The notes under the pieces: model-generated
The model's input: the letters and a program-made list of their open reading frames with translations, nothing else
Databases searched by the model: none
What the model was told of the DNA's origin: nothing
Assembly (NCBI GenBank): GCA_026692735.1
Contig: JAPLOD010000256.1
Span: 1-53,168 of the forward strand
DNA length: 53,168 nucleotides
Direction of reading: 5' to 3'
Source of the DNA: Planctomycetota bacterium
Lineage (GTDB): Bacteria > Planctomycetota > SZUA-567 > H5-PLA8
In this document: positions 25,649 to 33,472 of the stretch, one piece after another
Numbering within the stretch: the stretch's first letter is position 1
Layout: every line of letters begins with the position of its first letter
Program-made: the position numbers and the translations under genes

Positions 25649-28600
25649 TCACAACCGGGCCAATCTATGCTTCAGGATGACGACGATGCGGGCCTGGACC
25701 TTCTCATTGCTCGTTTTGCGAGCGGCTTGCTCTGCGAACTCGGCTTGGACTTGATCGAGATAGGCGCGGTAACGCGACAGCACCTTGGTGCAAGTGGCGG
25801 CACTCCGGGGTATCTTCACTCGTCCCCGGCGACCGTTAGCATGAATAGCCTTCACCAGCGCCACGCGCTCTTCGTGCCCCAATTCCGTGAATGTCCCGTC
25901 CTGCTGAATGCCCACTCGTCCCAACAGGGGTTCGGAGACCAACTTTATCTGGCCGTCGCCAAGTTCGATCTCGTCGCTCTCCGCGCCGTTGATGAAATCC
26001 TCCGGGAAACGCCGCAGCAGCGATGAGTCCAGGCTGTCCCAAATCTCCTGCGCTACCTTCTCCACCGAGACCTTGGCCCCGCCTTTGGTGCGCTTCTTGT
26101 TCTCGATCATCCGCAGTTCCTTCTCGCGGATGGCGGCGTGCATCGTGGTCATCTCAGCGTATAAACGGTCGCGCAGTCTGCGCCGTTCATCGGCGTCCGT
26201 CTCACCCAACAACTCAAATACCGCATCATCGAGGTCCTGCCGATCTTCTAGGACAAACTCATCGGGCAGGTTCAGCGTGTGGCGCTCAGCCATGCGGTGC
26301 AATGCCGCTACGATCCGCTTGCTGACACCAGGAACGGCGTGGCGCGGGTCAGGGACGAGCATCATGTTCACGTCCACCACTTCAGTCTTCAGATTCCCTT
26401 CCGTGCCAGCCCAACGCCCGAAGAAGAATTTGTTCATCGCAACAACGGTGGAATTGAGAACCGCGCACATAAGCTGCCCATCAATTCCGCCTTGCGGGAA
26501 GACATCATATAGGTTGCAGTTGCAAACCAGATTTCGGTCATTGATGGGCGCAATATGGCGGTACTGCTGGGCCTTGGGCCAGAAGATAGTGCCTCTACGG
26601 TCAGGTATCAGGTTGTACCATTCCCGTGTGTCGGTCACTCGCTGCTGGACTGTTGATCCGGTGTCGCACCCTTCCGCCTCACCCCATTCGATGTACTTTA
26701 GCAGGTGCGTCTTGCGAAGATAATCCCTCGGCTTGCTGCACAGGATCACTTTCAGGCGCAGTTGGGCGGGATCAATGCGGATGCCAAAGACGCCGTTTGT
26801 CTCCATGAGGTTGTGAACCTCTGGTTCGAGATACTCGGCCTCGACCAGATGGAGGCTGTCATCACCGGCTAAGACGATTCGCACTTTGTCCGCCTGTACA
26901 GGCAGAATGCCGTACTTCCGCTTGAACTCCCGCGGCGTCAGTTCCTCTCCCAAACAGTCGGTCGTGATGTCCCGCACGAAGAAGAACTTATCGCAGCCGG
27001 ATTTCACACCGAAGCGAACTTCGGCCAACTGTGCCATGGGGGCAAAACGGCCACCGTATCGTTCCTGAAGCTCAAAGAATAAGTCCGGGGCACGCAGGTG
27101 TAGGCCCCACTTGCCGCCAACGTAGGAGCCTGGCGCAACCCGACATGAAGACATGGCAGTCTCTTCGCCACTACGCTCCACGACGGCAACCTGATGCCTC
27201 CCTGCTCTTGCCAGATCGCCTTGCCGCACCACGCGCACACGCCAATGCCTGTCCACGGTATTCGCGGTGATTGCTTCGATGCGGTCGCGCAGCGCCTCCA
27301 CGGCATACTGCCGATCTGCTTCCGTTGCATTCGCCGGAAAGATGTCTTGCAGCCGCGAGCGAAGCTGCACGAAGCGGATCAGGTTCTCGTCTCGCTTTGC
27401 CGGGTCGGCTTCCTTTCGCAGGATCGTAGCGCAGGTTGTCACACGTGCGCCGGTGAACCATGGCTCAACCTGTGACTCGAAAATGGCAACGATGGCGAAG
27501 TGCTCCAGCAGGAACTCCTGTAGCCGGAAACCGTATTCCACGTCGAGCCAACTGCTGCTGGTCAGAAAGCCGAAATAGCCGCCAGGCTTTAGGAACATCG
27601 AAGCGTGTGGCCAGAAATAGACGTGCAAATCGCTGCGGCCCGAAAGGTCTGCCCCTGGCCAAGCACGACGGGCCAAGTCTGTGAGATGCTTCTTGTACTT
27701 TGCGGCCTCCTTCTTGATATGCTCTAGCGTCTTGACCGCGATTCTCTCCCTGCCCTTCAGCGAACTGGTTGGCGGCGTACTGATCTCCTCCTGCCGCACA
27801 TAGGGCGGGTTGCCCACCACAGCATCCGCCTCGTCAATAATGACCGGGCGCATTTGCTTTCCCGCGCCCGCCGCCATCGGAACCTGGCAAATCACCGCAC
27901 CTGGGCGCACATCAAAGAAATCACTCTGCGCGACGAGTGGGTAGTTCTCCTCGTCCACCAAGTCACGGGTCGCAAGGTTGATAGTCGTGAGGTGCACGGC
28001 GTAAGCGGAAATGTCCGTGCCATAGAGGTGATTCAAGAGGTCTTCATGCGAAAGACGCACACCGCTGCGTTGGGCCAGGACCTTCTTGCGGTTGTAGGCA
28101 CGGACCAGGAATGTCCCGCCGCCACACGCCGGGTCCAGCACGGTTGCATCGGACTTGCGGATGCAGAATGCCTCGATCAGGTCTACGATTTCCGGCTTGG
28201 TGTAATGCTGCCCATACCGATGCCGTTCCTCCGGGCTGATGAGGTGCTCAAAGATCGGGCCAATCACGTCGTAGTTGATTTGTGTAAAGTCAAACTGGTC
28301 GAACGAGCGCAATAGGTCGCCCCAGGCCGCGACAGCGGCGTCCGTGACGAAAGGAATGCTGTCGCCGAAGTCACCACGAAAGACTGTCTCGTAATCGCGG
28401 GTGACCTTCATGGCACGCTCGAAGAACGTCCCAAGCCGCGTCCGCAAATCTGCTACCGAATCCAGCTTCGCAGGGACTCGCAGAGCCGGAAGGTCCGTGA
28501 AGCGTTTGCGTAGCGCGTGGTAGAACGCAATCCGATTCACCAATACGTAACAGGTGAACTTAGCCGCACGTTCCAGATTATCACGCTGGATCAACTCGTC

Positions 28601-29263
28601 GTCCGAGAGGTGCCACCCCTGGACATCGCGCATCCACGCATCGAGTTTGCTCTTGAATGCAGTGTCCTGCTCACACGTTCTGGCAAGGGCGATGAAAGTT
28701 GCGGCAATGGGGCGCTCCAGCGCGGCTTCGAGGACAGTAATAAAGAACTCATCGAGTGGGCGTTTTGAGAGCGGCGAAGCGCCGGTATACGCCTGGCTGG
28801 CACGCTCCAGAAACTTCGACAGGCCACGTTTGATGCCTTCTTCGACGACGGGGAAAGTCAGGTCTGTTTCGTCGCGAACCTGGGTGATGCTCGTGTCCCA
28901 GATGTGGCGCTCGAAAAGCGGCTTACCGGCGTCGTCGGTCTGCCAGAGGACGAGGCGATTAACATTCCACGTGGCGAAGAACCGCGCCCCGGCTCGCGCA
29001 GCCTTGCTGTGGGCGTCCTCAACGACGGTCTGGTTGAACGGTGTTGTGCCATCAACCATGTACGGCAGCTTCACCTCGATGGTGACGGCAATCTTGCCTT
29101 CGCGGTCGTAGATTGTCACGTCGCGCCGCTTGGCCGAGCCACGCGACGATTGCTCAATAGCGGCTCGACCGAAGACCAGTTCAGGCCGAGACTGAAGCTC
29201 CTGGTTTATCCATTCCGCCGCACTGGCGCAGAATGTAAGCTCATGATCTACAGCGGTCGTCAT
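25649..29263 (-). CDS. type IIG restriction-modification-like enzyme (N-terminal PD-ExK nuclease plus gamma-class N6-adenine DNA methyltransferase, 1204 aa)
   Basis: Nuclease-like RRDVTIYDREGKIAVTIEVKLPY. YGQHYTKPEIVDLI, SAM motif I VLDPACGGGTFLVRAY, motif IV VVGNPPYVRQEE. Long C-terminal specificity region. The stop TGA (25651-25649) lies one nt from the cap5-like ATG (25647). Confidence 0.8.
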   Translation of the reverse strand: MTTAVDHELTFCASAAEWINQELQSRPELVFGRAAIEQSSRGSAKRRDVTIYDREGKIAVTIEVKLPYMVDGTTPFNQTVVEDAHSKAARAGARFFATWNVNRLVLWQTDDAGKPLFERHIWDTSITQVRDETDLTFPVVEEGIKRGLSKFLERASQAYTGASPLSKRPLDEFFITVLEAALERPIAATFIALARTCEQDTAFKSKLDAWMRDVQGWHLSDDELIQRDNLERAAKFTCYVLVNRIAFYHALRKRFTDLPALRVPAKLDSVADLRTRLGTFFERAMKVTRDYETVFRGDFGDSIPFVTDAAVAAWGDLLRSFDQFDFTQINYDVIGPIFEHLISPEERHRYGQHYTKPEIVDLIEAFCIRKSDATVLDPACGGGTFLVRAYNRKKVLAQRSGVRLSHEDLLNHLYGTDISAYAVHLTTINLATRDLVDEENYPLVAQSDFFDVRPGAVICQVPMAAGAGKQMRPVIIDEADAVVGNPPYVRQEEISTPPTSSLKGRERIAVKTLEHIKKEAAKYKKHLTDLARRAWPGADLSGRSDLHVYFWPHASMFLKPGGYFGFLTSSSWLDVEYGFRLQEFLLEHFAIVAIFESQVEPWFTGARVTTCATILRKEADPAKRDENLIRFVQLRSRLQDIFPANATEADRQYAVEALRDRIEAITANTVDRHWRVRVVRQGDLARAGRHQVAVVERSGEETAMSSCRVAPGSYVGGKWGLHLRAPDLFFELQERYGGRFAPMAQLAEVRFGVKSGCDKFFFVRDITTDCLGEELTPREFKRKYGILPVQADKVRIVLAGDDSLHLVEAEYLEPEVHNLMETNGVFGIRIDPAQLRLKVILCSKPRDYLRKTHLLKYIEWGEAEGCDTGSTVQQRVTDTREWYNLIPDRRGTIFWPKAQQYRHIAPINDRNLVCNCNLYDVFPQGGIDGQLMCAVLNSTVVAMNKFFFGRWAGTEGNLKTEVVDVNMMLVPDPRHAVPGVSKRIVAALHRMAERHTLNLPDEFVLEDRQDLDDAVFELLGETDADERRRLRDRLYAEMTTMHAAIREKELRMIENKKRTKGGAKVSVEKVAQEIWDSLDSSLLRRFPEDFINGAESDEIELGDGQIKLVSEPLLGRVGIQQDGTFTELGHEERVALVKAIHANGRRGRVKIPRSAATCTKVLSRYRAYLDQVQAEFAEQAARKTSNEKVQARIVVILKHRLARL

Positions 29264-29394
29264 CCCTGATGTGACCCCGTTCCGGCTCCATGTATCGGCT
29301 TGCCGGGATTCAGGCTACTGGTTTTCCAGGCTGGCGCAACGGCAGGCCATTTGGTCACCGACGAGAGTTGTGGCCCGTCAACCGATCTTCTCCC

Positions 29395-29424
29395 TTGACA
29401 AAATGCCGCGCTCCTAGATATTCT
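29395..29424 (+). promoter_or_regulatory. putative sigma70-type promoter for 29449..29790
   Basis: TTGACA (29395-29400), 17-nt spacer, ATATTC/TATTCT, about 25 nt upstream of the CAAGGAGA RBS. Confidence 0.4.
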
Positions 29425-29448
29425 TACAATTCAAGGAGACTACCACTA

Positions 29449-29790
29449 ATGGCCAAACCAGGCAAGCGTTACCCGCCAGAGGTCAAGCAGAAGATCATCG
29501 CCGCCACGAAGGCTGCTCGTGATGCCGCCAAGCCGTGGACCGACGCCCACAAGGCCGCACAGGAAGCGGGCTACAAGGGCACCGTCGCCAGCCTACAACA
29601 AATGATGATGGTCAAGAAGCCCAAGACCAAGAAGGCGAAGCCAGGCCCGAAGCCGGGACGGAAGCGCGGACGGCCAGCGAAAGCCGCTCCGGCATCTGGC
29701 GTTGACCAGATCGTGACCGGCATCATGCGGCAGGCCCTCGCCGCTGCGCAGGTGGAACTTGATAGGCTGAAGGCGAAGTATGGAGCCTAA
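29449..29790 (+). CDS. small basic protein (possible DNA-binding)
   Basis: ATG 29449 after CAAGGAGA. MAKPGKRYPPEVKQKIIAATKAARDA... with a Lys/Pro-rich KKPKTKKAKPGPKPGRKRGRPAK segment. Confidence 0.6.
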   Translation: MAKPGKRYPPEVKQKIIAATKAARDAAKPWTDAHKAAQEAGYKGTVASLQQMMMVKKPKTKKAKPGPKPGRKRGRPAKAAPASGVDQIVTGIMRQALAAAQVELDRLKAKYGA

Positions 29791-30182
29791 CGTTTGGCAC
29801 TCTTCGTTCTGGCGTTCTGTTTCAGCTTGTCCAATAATGTCGGTAGTTCGTTCAGTGGGCATTGCCTAACCAGGCTAGATGCTTTCCTGAGGGAGCAACC
29901 TGTGGCAGCACGAATTGCTCGTATGGTTGGTATGCGGAGTGATGTCTTCGCTATGCCCGCCTTACGTCGCTCAATCTCATCCTGTGGAAGTTGGCTCAAT
30001 GATCTATAGCTGGCCATGTGGCCACTCTCAAGATGGGCATAGTCGCCTTCAATTGACCTAATCTGCCACATGCACTTCCAGTGTACGACATAATCCCCAG
30101 GGCGGAGCTTCAGGAAGTCAGCTTTCTTCATGCCTTGCAGTATACGCGCACTGTTCGGATAAAGCAAGACCCGGCTCATCAC
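29787..30182 (-). CDS. hypothetical protein (start uncertain)
   Basis: 131-aa ORF. Alternative starts at 30179 and 30131. The C-terminal TIRAIRAATGCSLRKASSLV resembles an L7/L12-C-like helix pair seen in phage proteins. Confidence 0.45.
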   Translation of the reverse strand: MMSRVLLYPNSARILQGMKKADFLKLRPGDYVVHWKCMWQIRSIEGDYAHLESGHMASYRSLSQLPQDEIERRKAGIAKTSLRIPTIRAIRAATGCSLRKASSLVRQCPLNELPTLLDKLKQNARTKSAKR

Positions 30183-30206
30183 CGGGTCTCGTGCTGTGAT
30201 TCCTGT

Positions 30207-30869
30207 TTATGCCAGCATGAAGCGCTTTCCCGGCTGCTGCCGGATGAGCTTCCGCACTTCCAGAACCATCAATGCGGCCAGTACCTTTTCGGCCTTCTCC
30301 TCTGTTTTCTCGATGATCTGATCCACCGGCACCGGCTCCTTGACGGCACCGAGGAGGTCTAGGATTGTGGATTCCAGGTCGTCGGCCAACTGGTCCACAT
30401 CCCACGACACGCGGCAGGCTTCGCCCTTATACTTGGCGAGGATCGGCATCTGGCTAACCGCCCCTTTCTTCTTCATGCTCTGCGTCAGTTTCGGCAGGAA
30501 CGCCATGACCAGCGTTCCGTCCTTCAGGGGCTTCACATAGCGGGCCACGAGCTTCACAGCCTCGTCCTTCACGCTCAGGCTGAGGATGAAGCCCTGTTTC
30601 GGGGCCTGTGCCGTCTCGCACACGAAGTGGCAACCCACGGCTTCTGATACCACGGTCTCGATGCTGGCCGTGCCGTTCTTCCGGGCGACTGGCAGGGCCT
30701 TGCTCTTTGGCGGGGTGCTGTGGGCCTTTGCTGCGGCTTCGTCCTGGGCCTTCTCTTGCGCAGAAAGGGCCTTCGGGGCGGCTTCCTGGGCCTTGGGGGC
30801 CTTCTGGGCCTTCACCCGGCTGTTGAGCTTGGTGGTCTTCCGGCTGGTCTTCCGATTCGTTTTCTTCAT
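30207..30869 (-). CDS. hypothetical protein with Lys/Ala-rich N-terminus and C-terminal winged-helix-like tail
   Basis: ATG 30869 after AAGGAGA. KKTNRKTSRKTTKLNSRVKAQKAPKAQEAAPK... The C-terminal VLAALMVLEVRKLIRQQPGKRFMLA resembles the DprA-type WH tail. Confidence 0.6.
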   Translation of the reverse strand: MKKTNRKTSRKTTKLNSRVKAQKAPKAQEAAPKALSAQEKAQDEAAAKAHSTPPKSKALPVARKNGTASIETVVSEAVGCHFVCETAQAPKQGFILSLSVKDEAVKLVARYVKPLKDGTLVMAFLPKLTQSMKKKGAVSQMPILAKYKGEACRVSWDVDQLADDLESTILDLLGAVKEPVPVDQIIEKTEEKAEKVLAALMVLEVRKLIRQQPGKRFMLA

Positions 30870-30941
30870 CTTCCGTCTCCTTGCTGTGTTGTCCTTGGTT
30901 TGGTGGGCTGGCCAATCCAGCCCACCGGGCATTCGCCCTGC

Positions 30942-31205
30942 CTATTCTGTCACCGTCACGTAGAGCGGCATCGAGCGGTTGTCGTTCCAGTCCACCCGGA
31001 TCAGCCGCCGCCCATTCCTGGTCGTGTCCCGGCTCACGTACTGCAGGTCCCAATCCATGATGCAGATATCGTGCTGTGGCTGAGTCTGGATGATCTTCTC
31101 GATTGCCCTGTCCACCAGCGTGCGAGGGGCGTCCTTCTCTAGGTCGCCTTCGATCTCCACTGTCACGTCCACCGCAATTTCCTTATCCACCACGCGTGCC
31201 TTCAT
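30942..31205 (-). CDS. small hypothetical protein
   Basis: Internal ATG 31205 after GGAGAA. 87 aa, MKARVVDKEIAVDVTVEIEGDLEK... The longer 154-aa version has an implausible N-terminus. Confidence 0.5.
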   Translation of the reverse strand: MKARVVDKEIAVDVTVEIEGDLEKDAPRTLVDRAIEKIIQTQPQHDICIMDWDLQYVSRDTTRNGRRLIRVDWNDNRSMPLYVTVTE

Positions 31206-31549
31206 CGTCTTTTCTCCGGTCTCTGCCTTGGCCCCTTGCCTCGGCTCTAGGATTTCCTTTTTCACATGCCGTGCCAGGAATCCTTGCCACTGGTTGGATG
31301 GGTATATTGACCCCAACCACAACCGGCTGGAGCTAAGGGAGAAATAATTCCTAGGCTTGTCATAGAAATGACAGCGCACGTCATAGCGAATGACACGCTT
31401 CGTCATAGGCCGAGAAATAATCCCACCCGTCGTATCTGTGATAGGGGATTCCTACTCAACCAGTAGCAGGAATTCCTGGCACGTCACTTGTGGGATTTCT
31501 TCTGGCTGGTTTGGGAAGACCGGCGACCACAGGAAAAGGAGACGGGAAA

Positions 31550-31726
31550 ATGACGACGCAGGTTGAACTCCACCGCAAACACGACGGCTCTTGGGAAATG
31601 CGCTGGCAACTACCCGGCGACAAGATCGAGAGCATCAGCAATGCCTCGGCCAGCGAGGTTGCCCGCCGGATTCTCGCCTTGGGGCGTTACGAGTTCGTTC
31701 GCGGTCTATGGATGGACGGCGAATAA
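31550..31726 (+). CDS. small hypothetical protein
   Basis: ATG 31550 after AAAAGGAGA. 58 aa. Confidence 0.45.
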   Translation: MTTQVELHRKHDGSWEMRWQLPGDKIESISNASASEVARRILALGRYEFVRGLWMDGE

Positions 31727-31759
31727 CCACACAACCACCAATCACGGGAGACGGGAAAC

Positions 31760-32470
31760 ATGGAGACGAAGCAAGCAGTCGGATACGTGCGGGTTTCAAC
31801 AGCAGGACAGGCTGGTGAGGGCATCAGCCTGGAAGCGCAACGGGCGAAGATCGAAGCGTGGGCTGCGGCCAACGATCACCAGCTTCTTGCCATCCACACC
31901 GACGCCGGAATCAGCGGCGGTAGAACCGAGAACCGCCCCGGCCTGCAAGCGGCACTGGCCGACGCCTGCCAGCACAAAGCTGCCGTGGTCGTCTACAGCC
32001 TCTCGCGGCTTGCGCGGTCCACCAAGGACGCAATCACAATTTCGGAGAAGCTCGAAAAAGCCGGTGCTGATCTCGTGAGCCTGTCCGAACGGATAGACAC
32101 AACGAGCGCTGCCGGGAAAATGGTTTTCAGAATGCTGGCGGTGCTGGCGGAATTCGAGCGTGACCAGATTGCTGAGAGAACCAGCGCCGCGCTCCAGCAC
32201 CTTCGCTCACAGCGGCGGCTGGTTGGTGAAGTTCCCTACGGGTGGACGCTGGCCGACGACAAACAGACGCTCCTGCCGCTGGAGACCGAACAGGCCATCA
32301 TCCGGAAGATCAAGGCGCTCCGCCAGAAGGGCCTTTCCTACGGCAAGATCGCGAAGCTGTTGACCATCATTCGCGCACCGGCGAAACAGGGAAATCACTG
32401 GTGGCCGAAAGTCGTTCGTACCATCTGCAGAGCCAATCCAATCGAGGGAGGGACGGCACATGTCGCGTGA
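31760..32470 (+). CDS. serine recombinase (resolvase/invertase family)
   Basis: AVGYVRVSTAGQ (catalytic Ser), GISGGRTENRPGLQAAL, VVVYSLSRLARS, SLSERIDTTSAAGKMVFRMLAVLAEFERDQIAERT. Short recombinase-domain tail. Confidence 0.9.
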   Translation: METKQAVGYVRVSTAGQAGEGISLEAQRAKIEAWAAANDHQLLAIHTDAGISGGRTENRPGLQAALADACQHKAAVVVYSLSRLARSTKDAITISEKLEKAGADLVSLSERIDTTSAAGKMVFRMLAVLAEFERDQIAERTSAALQHLRSQRRLVGEVPYGWTLADDKQTLLPLETEQAIIRKIKALRQKGLSYGKIAKLLTIIRAPAKQGNHWWPKVVRTICRANPIEGGTAHVA

Positions 32471-32657
32471 GACGATTCGAGACCGGCACAACCAAATCAT
32501 CGCCTATTACCACTACGAGGCTGACGGTGTGATTCGTGTGACCGACGCGCACCAACAGCTTCTTGGCCGGGTGAAACACAACGGCACATTCGACTCGCAC
32601 AACGCGTTGGTCTCGCATCAGCGCGAGCCGGGTCTGCTGCTGCCGCTTGACGATTAG
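32460..32657 (+). CDS. small hypothetical protein
   Basis: 65-aa ORF overlapping the recombinase stop by 11 nt. MSRETIRDRHNQIIAYYHYEADGVIRVTDAHQQLLGRV... Confidence 0.5.
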   Translation: MSRETIRDRHNQIIAYYHYEADGVIRVTDAHQQLLGRVKHNGTFDSHNALVSHQREPGLLLPLDD

Positions 32658-32848
32658 CCCGCCGCCGCGTGTTTTGCGCGGTGCGAAATTCCAGCGCCGC
32701 CGCTTCTGTGGTGGAATGCGTGCCGGTGGTCGTCCGTGCGGCAACCAGCGGGGGTAGCAGTGCTAACAAGAATGACAAAGTAAGCACTGACGAGGCGATT
32801 CCGGCACGGATAAAGTCGCGGGGTTCGGGGCAGTGGAGGCGGGCGGGC

Positions 32849-33127
32849 GTGGCCAGCAGTGACGTGGTAATGGTGCGCATGAATAAGGAACTGGCCGCAG
32901 CGTTCAACCGGCTGCGTCAGGAATTCCAAGGGCTGCCGCCGTCCACCATCGCCCGAATGATCGTCACCGCGACACTGGCCCTGCCGCTGGACCGGCAAAT
33001 CGAGATCGTCAATTCACAGGTCCGAAAGCCGGGAAGTCTGCCGGGGGCGAGCCTGGCTGCAAGCCGCCTTCCGCCGAAGAATACGACCAGGCCAGAGGGT
33101 GCTCGGTACGAGAGACACAGAACATGA
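32849..33127 (+). CDS. small ribbon-helix-helix-like protein (paralog A)
   Basis: GTG 32849, 9 nt after GGAGG. VVMVRMNKELAAAFNRLRQEFQGLPPSTIARMIV aligns with paralog B. Confidence 0.45.
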   Translation: MASSDVVMVRMNKELAAAFNRLRQEFQGLPPSTIARMIVTATLALPLDRQIEIVNSQVRKPGSLPGASLAASRLPPKNTTRPEGARYERHRT

Positions 33128-33212
33128 GAACAACAGAACGAGAATAACATTGTTCTGTGTTCCGCTGGAAGCCCGTTGGGGTACGGTGTTGCATGAACCG
33201 GAGTCGGGACGA

Positions 33213-33461
33213 GTGAGGAAATACGGACAAGTCTACCATGTTCGCTTGTCGGGCGAACCGCAGGCGCGGTTTGACCGCGTGTATGCCAGCTTCCGTGGCC
33301 TGCCCGGTTCGGTCGTGCTGCGGATGCTGGTTGCCGATCTTCTGACCACCAAGAGCGACGAGGAGTTGCGGGGCGTAATTGAGGCTGCGATTCGGGGTGA
33401 GCGTGCCAGCGTGAAGACCACAAGCCGAATCGGGGGCAACACGCGCAGAGCAAACACCTGA
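33213..33461 (+). CDS. small ribbon-helix-helix-like protein (paralog B)
   Basis: GTG 33213, 9 nt after GGAG. VYHVRLSGEPQARFDRVYASFRGLPGSVVLRMLV aligns with paralog A. Confidence 0.45.
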   Translation: MRKYGQVYHVRLSGEPQARFDRVYASFRGLPGSVVLRMLVADLLTTKSDEELRGVIEAAIRGERASVKTTSRIGGNTRRANT

Positions 33462-33472
33462 CTTGAAAGGGG

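Noticed and set aside
25649-29263. BREX PglX methyltransferase (size and NPPY motif are compatible)
   Set aside because: No PglZ, BrxC, BrxA, BrxB or BrxL genes occur anywhere in the island. The protein has an N-terminal PD-ExK-like nuclease motif, which fits a stand-alone type IIG enzyme better.
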